From IMG/VR virus record IMGVR_UViG_2529293138_000008, positions 1-35,920 of that record: a stretch of DNA of 35,920 nucleotides; one strand, given 5' to 3'. Position numbers and translations under genes: made by a program. The notes under the pieces were generated by a model that was not told the DNA's origin, did not search any database, and was given only the letters and a program-made list of their open reading frames with translations. Positions 17,732 to 27,015 of this stretch are shown here, one piece after another (within the stretch, counting starts at the first letter, position 1; each line of letters begins with the position of its first letter). Source of the stretch: a virus (lineage: Duplodnaviria > Heunggongvirae > Uroviricota > Caudoviricetes).

Positions 17732-18135
17732 AGCTCTGGCCCACGCTGGGTGTCGCTTTCCTTCTGATTGCCGCATGGGGAGCATCCATGCGTCTGTCGT
17801 GGTCACTGGGCCGGGAGAACGCCAGAAACGAAGCGCAGGCCAGCACCCTGAAAAGTACCGTCGACACCCTGAATATCATCAGCGCCGGGGTACAGGATAT
17901 GCAGCAGGTGCTGGCACAACTCCGCGCGGAAAATCAGCAACGCAATCAGGACGGAGAGGCCAGACGTGAACAGCTACGCAACGATATTGCAAAAGATGAA
18001 TGCGCCCACGCTTTGCCTGACGCTCGTTTTACTGACAGGTTGCGCAGGCACGCAGAACGCGCCACGGCCAGCGCCGTCAGTCCGGCTTATACCGCAGACG
18101 CTGACCATACCGGTAACGCCTCCCCCCTTCCCTGA
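17728..18135 (+). CDS. i-spanin (Rz/LysB-like)
   Basis: ORF track 17584..18135 trimmed to ATG 17728. N-terminal TM helix LWPTLGVAFLLIAAWG then a coiled, charged periplasmic region. Confidence 0.6.
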   Translation: MKLWPTLGVAFLLIAAWGASMRLSWSLGRENARNEAQASTLKSTVDTLNIISAGVQDMQQVLAQLRAENQQRNQDGEARREQLRNDIAKDECAHALPDARFTDRLRRHAERATASAVSPAYTADADHTGNASPLP

Positions 18136-18286
18136 TACTCCCACATGGGGAAATCTCGGTATATGGGGTGACCGCCTTCTGGATGCACTGGAAACCTGTA
18201 ACGCGGATAAACGGGCCATTGAATTACTGGAACAGCGCAGGCTGCAACGACTGAACAACGAGGACAACAACCATGCTGAAAACTGA
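17996..18286 (+). CDS. o-spanin lipoprotein (Rz1/LysC-like), overlapping i-spanin in another frame
   Basis: Signal peptide with lipobox (LVLLTGCAG) and proline-rich mature part; upstream alternative start at 17966. Overlaps the 3' end of the i-spanin and the 5' end of R. Confidence 0.55.
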   Translation: MNAPTLCLTLVLLTGCAGTQNAPRPAPSVRLIPQTLTIPVTPPPFPDTPTWGNLGIWGDRLLDALETCNADKRAIELLEQRRLQRLNNEDNNHAEN

Positions 18287-18740
18287 TTCCCTGCGTGAAG
18301 CCATGACCCGTTCATGCCGATGGTGTCAGGCCAACCCGGAAAAATTCACCATTTTCGTGGAGAGCGGCAACATTGAAACGACCGGAGAAACGCCCTCGTT
18401 TGTTTACCGCTATCAGATGGTGATGTTTGTCATGGATTACGCCGGGGAGCTGGACGACCTCACGCTGCCGCTACTGGCGTGGTTATCCGAAAATCAGCCG
18501 CAGTTGTTGCTCAATCCGGAGCGTAATCAGGACATCAAATTCTCCGCCGTTATCAATGACGATGACAGCGCCGATCTCCTGTTTACGCTCCCCCTGCGGG
18601 AACGCGTTCGCATTACGCGCAGCAGTCAGGGGACACCGCAGGCAGAACACCTGCCGGAGCCAAAACCCCGCCTGCCATCTTCCGAAGGCGACTGGTCGCA
18701 TGTATTCCAGGATGTGACGTGGGGTGAAAGCGATGGATAA
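18273..18740 (+). CDS. R: Tail completion protein (P2 gpR-like)
   Basis: 155 aa, same length as P2 R. MLKTDSLR and LLAWLSENQP parallel recalled P2 gpR (MLKPDSLR ... LAWLRENQP). Confidence 0.85.
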   Translation: MLKTDSLREAMTRSCRWCQANPEKFTIFVESGNIETTGETPSFVYRYQMVMFVMDYAGELDDLTLPLLAWLSENQPQLLLNPERNQDIKFSAVINDDDSADLLFTLPLRERVRITRSSQGTPQAEHLPEPKPRLPSSEGDWSHVFQDVTWGESDG

Positions 18741-19368
18741 GGCATTCACCCGTGTGGATGAAACCTTTGAGGCTATCCGCGACGGCCTGAATCAGCAGGC
18801 CATCAATAACATCGCCAGAAAGCTGGCACAGGATTTACGTCGCGCCCAGCAGGCACGCATCCGGTCACAGAAAGCGCCGGACGGGAGCGCATGGACACCA
18901 CGCAGACGCCGCGTAACCCGGATACAGGAGCGCATTCGCTTTATCTGGAATAACGAAGCACGCACGCTGAAAAACTGGCATCACGACACGGGGAAATACG
19001 GGCGAACCATTACCGGGTGGGATGAGGATAAAAACAATATCCGCACGTTTTACCGGGATGACATCGACCGTTTTCTGGAAATACGCACCCGGCGCATCAA
19101 CCAGGCCAGCACAAAGCGCGTCCCCATGTTCGTAAAACTGCGCACCGCCCGCTACCTGAAAGCCCGTGCAGATGCTTCTGGTGTGACGGTGGGTTACAGC
19201 GGCGTGGCCGCACGTATTGCCCGCGTTCATCAGTTCGGTGAGCGCGATCAGGTTGCGCCGGGCATTTTCACCGATTACCCGGTACGCGAGCTGCTGGGTA
19301 TCAGCCAGGCAGATGAGCGCCTGATTTATAACACGGTGCTGGGCCGGATTGCGGAGGCTGTACGGTGA
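18733..19368 (+). CDS. S: Tail completion / virion morphogenesis protein (P2 gpS-like)
   Basis: ATG 18733 after a ggggtga SD, overlapping the R stop. HQFGE motif; position between R and V. Confidence 0.75.
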   Translation: MDKAFTRVDETFEAIRDGLNQQAINNIARKLAQDLRRAQQARIRSQKAPDGSAWTPRRRRVTRIQERIRFIWNNEARTLKNWHHDTGKYGRTITGWDEDKNNIRTFYRDDIDRFLEIRTRRINQASTKRVPMFVKLRTARYLKARADASGVTVGYSGVAARIARVHQFGERDQVAPGIFTDYPVRELLGISQADERLIYNTVLGRIAEAVR

Positions 19369-19946
19369 GCGCAGAACTCATGCGACTGCTGAGTAACATC
19401 ATCCGCACCGGGATCATCTCTGAAGTTGATGAGAAGTCCTGGCGCGTGCGCGTTCGCAGCGGCGAACTGGAAACAGGCTGGTTGCGCTGGAACACCACGC
19501 GCGCGGGGGCCTTCAATGTGTGGCTGCCGCCATCACCAGGCGAACAGGTGGTAATTGCCTGCATAGGCGGCAACCCGGAAACCGCCATGATAATTGGCAG
19601 CCTGTGGAGTGATGCCAGTCCGGCCCCCGGCAAAAGCCTGAAAGAAATCGTGGTCAGCGCGCCGGACGGCGCGGTGTTCCGCTACGACGCGGACGCAGGC
19701 GCACTGAGCGCCAGCGGCATGAAAACAGCCACCCTGCAGGCATCCGTCAGCGTGACACTGGATACGCCTGTCGTGGAATGCACAGACCTTCTGAGAACAG
19801 CGACGCTTGACGTCACAAAAGGGGGAACGATGAGCGGCAATATCACGCACAGCGGCGGCGATTTCACCTCAAACGGCATCACTGTGCATACGCATAAACA
19901 CGGTGGCGTTAAAGGGGGCAGCGATTCGACAGGAGGCCCACAGTGA
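19365..19946 (+). CDS. V: Baseplate assembly/spike protein (P2 gpV-like)
   Basis: GTG start with GGAGG SD 7 nt upstream, overlapping the S stop. 193 aa. Confidence 0.85.
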   Translation: MSAELMRLLSNIIRTGIISEVDEKSWRVRVRSGELETGWLRWNTTRAGAFNVWLPPSPGEQVVIACIGGNPETAMIIGSLWSDASPAPGKSLKEIVVSAPDGAVFRYDADAGALSASGMKTATLQASVSVTLDTPVVECTDLLRTATLDVTKGGTMSGNITHSGGDFTSNGITVHTHKHGGVKGGSDSTGGPQ

Positions 19947-20293
19947 CAACCCGCTACACAGGAATGAACCCGGACGGAACGGGAAACCTGAACGATATGG
20001 AGCACCTGAAACAGTCAGTCAGGGACATCCTGACCACCCCGCTGGCAAGCCGGGTTATGCGACGGGAATATGGCAGCCTTGTGCCTGATTTGATTGACGA
20101 ACCCATGAATAACACCACGCGTCTGCAATGCATGAGTGCTGCCGTGATTGCGCTGACACGATGGGAACCCCGCATTGCCCTGGACGCCATCGACGTTGTC
20201 TGGAAGGCAGGAGGCCGCGCCGGGGTGACGCTGTCGGGCACTGTCATGCAGACCATGCAGAATGTTGAATTAACCATCACGCTGAGGGAGTAA
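19943..20293 (+). CDS. W: Baseplate wedge protein (P2 gpW-like)
   Basis: GTG start with AGGAGG SD; 116 aa (P2 W is about 115 aa). Confidence 0.85.
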   Translation: MTTRYTGMNPDGTGNLNDMEHLKQSVRDILTTPLASRVMRREYGSLVPDLIDEPMNNTTRLQCMSAAVIALTRWEPRIALDAIDVVWKAGGRAGVTLSGTVMQTMQNVELTITLRE

Positions 20294-20296
20294 ATC

Positions 20297-21193
20297 ATGC
20301 CTGCCGTTGACCTTTCCCAGTTACCGGAACCCGCCATCATCGCGGAGCCTGATTTTGAGGCAATTCTGGCTGACACAAAGGCCATGATGATTGCGTCCTA
20401 TCCTGCCGAACAGCGTGAAGCCGTCTCCGCCGCGCTGGGGCTGGAATCGGAACCCCTGAACGTTATCGCCCAGACAACAGCGTTTCGTGAAATGCTGTTA
20501 CGCCAGCGGGTCAATGAGGGTGCACGCGCCTGCATGCTAAGCCACAGCGCCGGGACAGACCTGGACAACCTCGCGGGCAATATGAACACAAAGCGCCTGG
20601 TTATCACTCCGGCAACGGATACCACCGACGCAGTGATGGAAAGTGACACCTCGCTGAGACTACGGGCGCAACGGGCATATGACGGTCTGAGTGTTGCTGG
20701 CCCGTCAGGTGCATACGAGTATTTTGCACGCAGCGCCAGCGGTCTGGTACGCGATGCGCGGGCCATCAGCCCGTCTCCGGCCAACGTGACGGTTTCCATC
20801 CTGTCCACTGAGGGCGACGGCACAGCAACGGAGGCGTTGCTTAATACCGTTCGCGCCGTTCTGAATGCAGAGGATACCCGCCCGGTGGCCGACCGCCTGA
20901 CCGTACAGAGTGCCAGAATCGTGACATGGCGGCTGAATGCAAAACTGTACTTTTACCCCGGCCCGGAATCCGAACCTATTCTGGCCGCGGCGGAATCGTC
21001 GTTCAGGAAGTGGCTGTCTGAGCAGGGGCTTATCGGTCAGGACGTGGCGTTGTCAGCCATTGCTGCCGCACTGCATGTGCACGGTGTGCAACGCGTGGAG
21101 ATAATCGAACCCACACAGAATATGGCCATCAGCGACATACAGGCGGCGCGCTGTGAGTCATTCACCATCAGCGAAGGTGGGCGCAATGAGTAA
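20297..21193 (+). CDS. J: Baseplate protein (P2 gpJ-like)
   Basis: 298 aa (P2 J about 302 aa); synteny W-J-I-H. Confidence 0.85.
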   Translation: MPAVDLSQLPEPAIIAEPDFEAILADTKAMMIASYPAEQREAVSAALGLESEPLNVIAQTTAFREMLLRQRVNEGARACMLSHSAGTDLDNLAGNMNTKRLVITPATDTTDAVMESDTSLRLRAQRAYDGLSVAGPSGAYEYFARSASGLVRDARAISPSPANVTVSILSTEGDGTATEALLNTVRAVLNAEDTRPVADRLTVQSARIVTWRLNAKLYFYPGPESEPILAAAESSFRKWLSEQGLIGQDVALSAIAAALHVHGVQRVEIIEPTQNMAISDIQAARCESFTISEGGRNE

Positions 21194-21716
21194 TTCACTG
21201 TTACCGCCATCAGCCAGCAGTTTCATGCGTTGTGCCGAAGCCGTCGGAACACGCATTACAGGCATTCCGGTAGACCTCAACACACTGTGGTCACCAGATA
21301 CCTGCCCGGTGCATCTGCTGCCTTATCTCGCCTGGGCGTTTTCCGTTGACCGCTGGGATCGCAACTGGCCGGAAGAGACAAAGCGACAGGTTATTCGTGA
21401 TGCATGGCTGATACACCGACACAAAGGGACCATCAGCGCACTGCGCCGGGCCATTGAGCCGCTGGGGTACCTCATTCGCGTGTCTGAGTGGTGGGAGTTC
21501 GGCGGAGAACCGGGAACATTTACCGTTGAAGTCGGCACGCTGGACAGTGGCGTGACAGAGGAAATGTATCTGGAAATGGAGCGGTTGATTGCTGATGCCC
21601 GCCCGGTCAGCCGCCACATGACAGGGCTGAATATCATTCAGGAAATTCCGGGAGATATTTTCGCAGCGGCGGCAACTTATGACGGTGAAGTTATTACCAT
21701 TTATCCAGGCGATTAA
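21186..21716 (+). CDS. I: Baseplate/tail protein (P2 gpI-like)
   Basis: ORF track 21153..21716 trimmed to ATG 21186, overlapping the J stop. About 176 aa, as for P2 I. Confidence 0.8.
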   Translation: MSNSLLPPSASSFMRCAEAVGTRITGIPVDLNTLWSPDTCPVHLLPYLAWAFSVDRWDRNWPEETKRQVIRDAWLIHRHKGTISALRRAIEPLGYLIRVSEWWEFGGEPGTFTVEVGTLDSGVTEEMYLEMERLIADARPVSRHMTGLNIIQEIPGDIFAAAATYDGEVITIYPGD

Positions 21717-21718
21717 GC

Positions 21719-24268
21719 ATGAGTACCACAACACGAAAATTTAAAACCGTTATCACCGATACGGGTGCAAAAAAATTAGCGCAGGCAGCCGCGTCAGATG
21801 GTAAGCCTGTCCGCCTGACTCATATGGCCGTAGGCGACGGTGGCGGCACGTTGCCCACACCAGACAGTAAGCAGACCCGTCTGGTGCATGAGGTGTGGCG
21901 ACACACTGTTAATCGCGTCATCCTGGACGCAACACATCAGAACCGCATTATTGCAGAGCTGGTTATTCCTCCAGAAACGGGCGGATTCTGGATCCGGGAA
22001 ATTGGTGTATTTGATGAGCACGGCGATTTAATCGCGGTGGGCAATACTGCCGAAAGTTACAAGCCAGCCGTTGCCGAAGGGTCCGGTCGTGCACAAACAT
22101 TTCGCACCATTCTGACCGTATCCAGCACTGCCGCCGTGGCGCTTACCGTGGATAACACCATGGTGATGGCCACAGTGGATTACGTGGATGACAAACTGAA
22201 AGAGCATGAACAGTCACGACGTCACCCGGACGCCTCGCTGACCGCAAAAGGCTTTGTTCAACTCAGTAGCGCCACTAACAGCGATTCTGAAACGCTGGCG
22301 GCAACGCCGAAAGCGGTTAAGGTCGCGTATGATCTTGCTAACGGAAAATATACAGCGCAGGATGCCACAACAGCGCGAAAAGGCCTTGTCCAGCTCAGTA
22401 GTGCCACCAACAGCGATTCTGAAACGCTGGCGGCAACGCCAAAGGCAGTAAAATCAGCCTATGACAATGCAGAGAAACGTCTGCAGAAAGACCAGAACGG
22501 TAGAGATATTCCAGATAAGGGCGCTTTCCTGAATAACATTAACGCGGTCAGTAAAACAGACTTTGCTGCTAAGCGCGGTATGCGTTATGTGCGGGTTAAC
22601 GCTCCTGCAGGTGCAACGTCTGGAAAATATTACCCTGTTGTTGTTATGCGCTCTGCTGGATCAGTAAGCGAGCTGGCATCAAGAGTAATTATTACTACGG
22701 CAACACGAACCGCAAACGATCCGATGAATAACTGCGAGTTTAATGGATTCGTTATGCCTGGCGGCTGGACTGACAGGGGGCGTTATGCCTATGGAATGTT
22801 CTGGCAATATCAAAACAATGAACGAGCCATTCACTCAATAATGATGAGTAATAAGGGCGATGATTTGCGCTCTGTGTTCTATGTTGATGGCGCTGCTTTC
22901 CCTGTTTTTGCGTTTATCGAAGATGGCCTGTCAATATCCGCACCGGGTGCTGATCTCGTTGTTAATGATACGACCTATAAGTTTGGGGCAATAAATCCGG
23001 CGACTGAATGTGTCGCGGCGGACGTTATCCTTGATTTCAAGAGTGGGCGTGGTTTTTACGAATCTCATTCGTTAATCGTTAACGATAACTTGTCGTGCAA
23101 AAAACTTTTTGCCACAGACGAAATTGTAGCGCGTGGTGGTAATCAGATTCGAATGATAGGTGGGGAGTATGGTGCATTATGGCGTAATGATGGCGCTAAA
23201 ACTTACCTGCTGCTTACCAATCAAGGTGATGTTTATGGTGGCTGGAATACATTAAGACCGTTTGCTATTGATAACGCAACCGGCGAACTGGTTATTGGAA
23301 CCAAACTGTCCGCAAGTCTGAACGGTAATGCATTAACAGCAACAAAGCTGCAAACGCCAAGACTGGTTTCTGGTGTTGAGTTTGATGGTTCCAAAGATAT
23401 TACTTTAACCGCCGCGCATGTGGCTGCTTTTGCCAGAAGGGCAACGGATACATATGCCGATGCGAATGGTGGCGTTCCCTGGAATGCCGAATCAGGCGCT
23501 TACAATGTCACCCGCTCTGGCGACAGCTATATTCTGGTTAACTTCTATACCGGAGTCGGAAGTTGCCGGACCTTGCAGATGAAGGCGCATTACAGAAATG
23601 GTGGTCTGTTCTACCGTTCTTCAAGAGACGGTTATGGTTTTGAGGAAAACTGGGCAGAAGTTTATACCTCGAAAAATCTTCCACCAGAAAGCTACCCAGT
23701 CGGCGCACCAATCCCGTGGCCATCAGATACCGTTCCGTCTGGTTATGCCCTGATGCAGGGGCAGACTTTTGACAAATCTGCTTACCCGAAACTTGCAGCC
23801 GCTTATCCGTCAGGCGTGATCCCTGATATGCGTGGCTGGACGATTAAGGGCAAACCTGCCAGTGGTCGGGCCGTATTGTCTCAGGAACAGGACGGCATTA
23901 AATCGCACACCCACAGCGCCAGCGCATCCAGTACGGATTTGGGTACGAAAACCACATCGTCGTTTGATTACGGTACTAAATCCACAAATAACACCGGAGC
24001 ACATACACATAACTTTGCTTACAACAATACTTCAGCATACGCAGATACTCCTGGTACTGGCGGAGGAATGCATGCAACTAACACCAGCAAGACAGCAAGT
24101 AATCGCGTATTAAGCGCAGGAGCTCATACTCATACAGTAGCAATAGGTGCGCATACACATACGCTCGCTATTGGTTCGCATACACACACCATTACCATTG
24201 CCGCTTATGGTAACGCGGAAAACACCGTTAAAAACATCGCATTTAACTATATTGTGAGGCTTGCATGA
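21719..24268 (+). CDS. H: Tail fiber protein (P2 gpH-like), with internal repeats and His-rich tip
   Basis: 849 aa. Duplicated 44-residue module containing [21 protein letters not shown] (DNA direct repeats around 22250-22322 and 22382-22454). C-terminal GAHTHT-type HxH repeats typical of fiber tips. Confidence 0.85.
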   Translation: MSTTTRKFKTVITDTGAKKLAQAAASDGKPVRLTHMAVGDGGGTLPTPDSKQTRLVHEVWRHTVNRVILDATHQNRIIAELVIPPETGGFWIREIGVFDEHGDLIAVGNTAESYKPAVAEGSGRAQTFRTILTVSSTAAVALTVDNTMVMATVDYVDDKLKEHEQSRRHPDASLTAKGFVQLSSATNSDSETLAATPKAVKVAYDLANGKYTAQDATTARKGLVQLSSATNSDSETLAATPKAVKSAYDNAEKRLQKDQNGRDIPDKGAFLNNINAVSKTDFAAKRGMRYVRVNAPAGATSGKYYPVVVMRSAGSVSELASRVIITTATRTANDPMNNCEFNGFVMPGGWTDRGRYAYGMFWQYQNNERAIHSIMMSNKGDDLRSVFYVDGAAFPVFAFIEDGLSISAPGADLVVNDTTYKFGAINPATECVAADVILDFKSGRGFYESHSLIVNDNLSCKKLFATDEIVARGGNQIRMIGGEYGALWRNDGAKTYLLLTNQGDVYGGWNTLRPFAIDNATGELVIGTKLSASLNGNALTATKLQTPRLVSGVEFDGSKDITLTAAHVAAFARRATDTYADANGGVPWNAESGAYNVTRSGDSYILVNFYTGVGSCRTLQMKAHYRNGGLFYRSSRDGYGFEENWAEVYTSKNLPPESYPVGAPIPWPSDTVPSGYALMQGQTFDKSAYPKLAAAYPSGVIPDMRGWTIKGKPASGRAVLSQEQDGIKSHTHSASASSTDLGTKTTSSFDYGTKSTNNTGAHTHNFAYNNTSAYADTPGTGGGMHATNTSKTASNRVLSAGAHTHTVAIGAHTHTLAIGSHTHTITIAAYGNAENTVKNIAFNYIVRLA

Positions 24269-25155
24269 TTACGCTCATTCTTTCTGCACCAGTAACAGAA
24301 ATGGCTGAAGCATTTAAGCGAGTATTCGCAAATGCAGATAATGTGAATATTGTCGGAAAGCCATTTGAAACAATCAGAGAATTTGACTGCATGGTAAGTG
24401 CGGCAAATAGTTTCGGCCTGATGGATGGCGGCGTTGATGCCGCCATTACCACATTCTTCGGTACTCAGTTACAGGCCCGTGTTCAGAATCACATTCTTCG
24501 TGAATGTCTCGGCGAACAGCCTGTAGGTTCTGCATTTGTCATTGAAACGGGGCATAATCATCACCCCTGGTTGGTACATGCGCCAACAATGCGTGTTCCG
24601 TTGACAATTGACGGAACAGACGCTGTATATAACGCAACCTGGGCAGCTCTGCTTGCCATCTTTCAGCACAATAAAAACGCAACGACAGACATGAAAATAA
24701 AAACAGTGGTATTCCCTGCAATGGGGGCCGGATGTGGTCAGGTGCCGTTTGAAAGTGTTGCCCGGCAGATGAAGCAGGCATGGGATAACTTTAATAAAAA
24801 AACAGAATCAATTAACTGGGAATACGCACAATCCCGCCAGTCGGCAGTATTTGGCACATATGCATACTGTCCGGGTAATTCTGTTTGCCGTTATGCGGAT
24901 ACTAAATATATTGGATGCGGCGATTATCGGACGTATTGCTTACGGTCAGGGCAGGCATGTATTAATCCTGAACATCAGGTTGATGATGTGCTGGCTAATA
25001 ATCGCTCTCGCCCGGGTTCGCATGCACATCGAATTAATCCAGAAAATCCCGTAGGCCATCTCACCTCTGGTGAACATAGCCACGGAGGAGGCATCATTAT
25101 TGGTGCTCACCCCCATACGCTCAATAAACAATATTCTGTCTCTGGTATTAAGTAG
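24265..25155 (+). CDS. Macro-domain (ADP-ribose-binding/processing) protein with Cys/His-rich, fiber-tip-like C-terminus
   Basis: ATG overlaps the H stop (ATGA). N-terminal ~180 aa carries three macro-domain motifs: [30 protein letters not shown]...[32 protein letters not shown]-terminal ~110 aa has five Cys and three HxH motifs (SHAHR, EHSHGGG, AHPHTL) resembling the H tip. Confidence 0.6.
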   Translation: MITLILSAPVTEMAEAFKRVFANADNVNIVGKPFETIREFDCMVSAANSFGLMDGGVDAAITTFFGTQLQARVQNHILRECLGEQPVGSAFVIETGHNHHPWLVHAPTMRVPLTIDGTDAVYNATWAALLAIFQHNKNATTDMKIKTVVFPAMGAGCGQVPFESVARQMKQAWDNFNKKTESINWEYAQSRQSAVFGTYAYCPGNSVCRYADTKYIGCGDYRTYCLRSGQACINPEHQVDDVLANNRSRPGSHAHRINPENPVGHLTSGEHSHGGGIIIGAHPHTLNKQYSVSGIK

Positions 25156-25163
25156 AGGTGAAC

Positions 25164-25742
25164 ATGGATTTCAGAATGAGTGAACAACCACGGACCATAA
25201 AAATTTATAATCTGCTGGCGGGAACCAATGAATTTATTGGTGAAGGTGATGCATACATTCCACCTCATACAGGTCTGCCAGCAAACAGTACCGATATTGC
25301 GCCGCCAGATATTCCGGCAGGATTCGTAGCCGTTTTCAACAGTGATGAGGCATCGTGGCATCTCGTTGAAGACCATCGGGGAAAAACCGTCTATGACGTG
25401 GCTTCCGGCGACGCGTTATTTATTTCTGAACTCGGTCCGTTACCGGAAAATGTCACATTGCTGTCACCGGAGGGGGAGTATCAGAAGTGGAACGGCACAG
25501 CCTGGGTGAAGGATACGGAAGCAGAAAAAATGTTCCGGATACGGGGCGCTGAAGAAACCAAAAACAGCCTCATGCAGGTAGCCAGCGAGCATATTGCGCC
25601 ACTTCAGGATGCCGTAGATTTAGATATTGCGACGGAGGAAGAGGTATCGTTACTGGCTGCATGGAAGACATATCGGGTATTGTTGAATCGCGTTGATACA
25701 ACAGTGGCAGCGGATGTTGAGTGGCCAGTCGCACCACAATAA
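25164..25742 (+). CDS. G: Tail fiber assembly chaperone (P2 gpG/Tfa-like)
   Basis: ORF track 25158..25742; ATG 25164 follows an agagg SD. Position directly after the fiber genes; acidic C-terminus typical of Tfa proteins. Confidence 0.7.
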   Translation: MDFRMSEQPRTIKIYNLLAGTNEFIGEGDAYIPPHTGLPANSTDIAPPDIPAGFVAVFNSDEASWHLVEDHRGKTVYDVASGDALFISELGPLPENVTLLSPEGEYQKWNGTAWVKDTEAEKMFRIRGAEETKNSLMQVASEHIAPLQDAVDLDIATEEEVSLLAAWKTYRVLLNRVDTTVAADVEWPVAPQ

Positions 25743-25748
25743 AAAGGA

Positions 25749-25778
25749 AAAGCCATCGATAGAAATATCGATGGCTTT
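25749..25778. terminator. Bidirectional terminator hairpin between convergent tfa and acetyltransferase genes
   Basis: Perfect 13-bp stem aaagccatcgata / tatcgatggcttt with GAAA loop; U-rich on the minus-strand side. Confidence 0.55.
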
Positions 25779-25785
25779 ATGTACT

Positions 25786-26358
25786 CTATTTATATAATAC
25801 AACACCGCTCTTTTTAGTTATATATGTGCAGTTCGATGGTATATCTTTATTTATAAAAGACATTGCACCTATTTTTACATTATCCCCAATTTTACGTGAT
25901 AATCCAATGATGCAACAATTAGCTCCGATATCAACGTTATTACCAATTTTTATTCTTGCACCAGGCATGTCACCATCTATCTGTCCAATGGTAGTATTCT
26001 GTCGTAACACCAGATTTTCACCAGCATCAACAGCAAAATGAACAACAATTCCAGCATGATGGGGAATTGTTAACCCTTTTCCAATATTTGCACCCAATCC
26101 AATTTCGCAACCAAACTTGTTAATTATTTTACTGTTTAACTTCTTGGCTGCTTTCTTATGTAATTCATTACCATTAATATACATTTCGTTAGCCAACCGC
26201 CACCAGAAAAGGAAATTCCGGTTACGCTGCTTTTTCTCTCTTAAAAGCCTCCAGATATCCACACGTTTCCGCCGAATTACTTCATATTTCCAGAAGTTTT
26301 TTAAATCAGTAGAGTTTCCAAATAAAACAAAGTGAATTGCCATTAAGTAAGACAGCAC
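25786..26358 (-). CDS. Hexapeptide-repeat (left-handed beta-helix) O-acetyltransferase, CysE/WcaB/NeuO-like (moron)
   Basis: 190 aa with repeated [LIV]-G-x-x-x-x hexads (IGLGANIGKGLTIPHHAGIVV, IKIGNNVDIGANCCIIG, IGDNVKIGAMSFI). Strongly AT-rich relative to flanking genes. Confidence 0.7.
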   Translation of the reverse strand: MLSYLMAIHFVLFGNSTDLKNFWKYEVIRRKRVDIWRLLREKKQRNRNFLFWWRLANEMYINGNELHKKAAKKLNSKIINKFGCEIGLGANIGKGLTIPHHAGIVVHFAVDAGENLVLRQNTTIGQIDGDMPGARIKIGNNVDIGANCCIIGLSRKIGDNVKIGAMSFINKDIPSNCTYITKKSGVVLYK

Positions 26359-26514
26359 GATAATCTCCTTAATTATTATTTCAGACCATACATGTTATAA
26401 GGTTAAGAGATTATAAAATCCTGTTATTTGTTATTCAAAAACAATTTTCTAAGAAGGACATACAACAGCAAGTCGTCAGTCACCTTCATCAGGACATTGG
26501 CGACATACGTTAAA

Positions 26515-27009
26515 TCAGAGCAGCCCCTTAACTGAGCTGGCCGCGCTATTAAGGGATGATGTCACCTTATCTTTGAAGCCGGACAACATATCGCTGAACG
26601 ATGAGGATTGCAGACGCTCCCGCAAATCCTCATCACAGCGTTCAAGGGTCAGTGAAAATTCTATCTTTTTCGCCTTACCGTAGCGATCAAACTCGGAACG
26701 GGTCGTATTCGTTCCGGTCAGGACATACATGCCGTAAATCTGCCCGACACCATCAATCAAAGGCCAGGGTCGTCCTGTATACGCCTGCGTGGTCAGCAGC
26801 GACAGCGACACTTCGCCACCTGTAATTTCAGGATAAAGCACACCAGAAAGAACGATGCGATCATCACCTGCACCGATATACTGCCAGCTTGCTGAACGGT
26901 TAACGCGTTCATTTTTCACATGCCGCCAGCTTTTGTTTTGCTGTAACTGCTGATGCGGCAATGTGCGCAGCTCAAAAACAAACATGCCGTAGATCATCAT
27001 CATGGTCAT
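26515..27009 (-). CDS. U: Tail protein (P2 gpU-like)
   Basis: 164 aa. MMMIYGMFVFELRTLPHQQLQ..SWRH, GVLYPEITGG, PLIDGVGQIYGMYV, IEFSLTLER parallel recalled P2 gpU. Confidence 0.85.
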   Translation of the reverse strand: MTMMMIYGMFVFELRTLPHQQLQQNKSWRHVKNERVNRSASWQYIGAGDDRIVLSGVLYPEITGGEVSLSLLTTQAYTGRPWPLIDGVGQIYGMYVLTGTNTTRSEFDRYGKAKKIEFSLTLERCDEDLRERLQSSSFSDMLSGFKDKVTSSLNSAASSVKGLL

Positions 27010-27015
27010 GACTCC

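Noticed and set aside
22254-22451. 65-aa ORF with internally repeated peptide (ILKRWRQR ...)
   Set aside because: Alternate-frame reading of the 132-bp direct repeat inside tail fiber gene H; an artefact of the repeat, not a gene.
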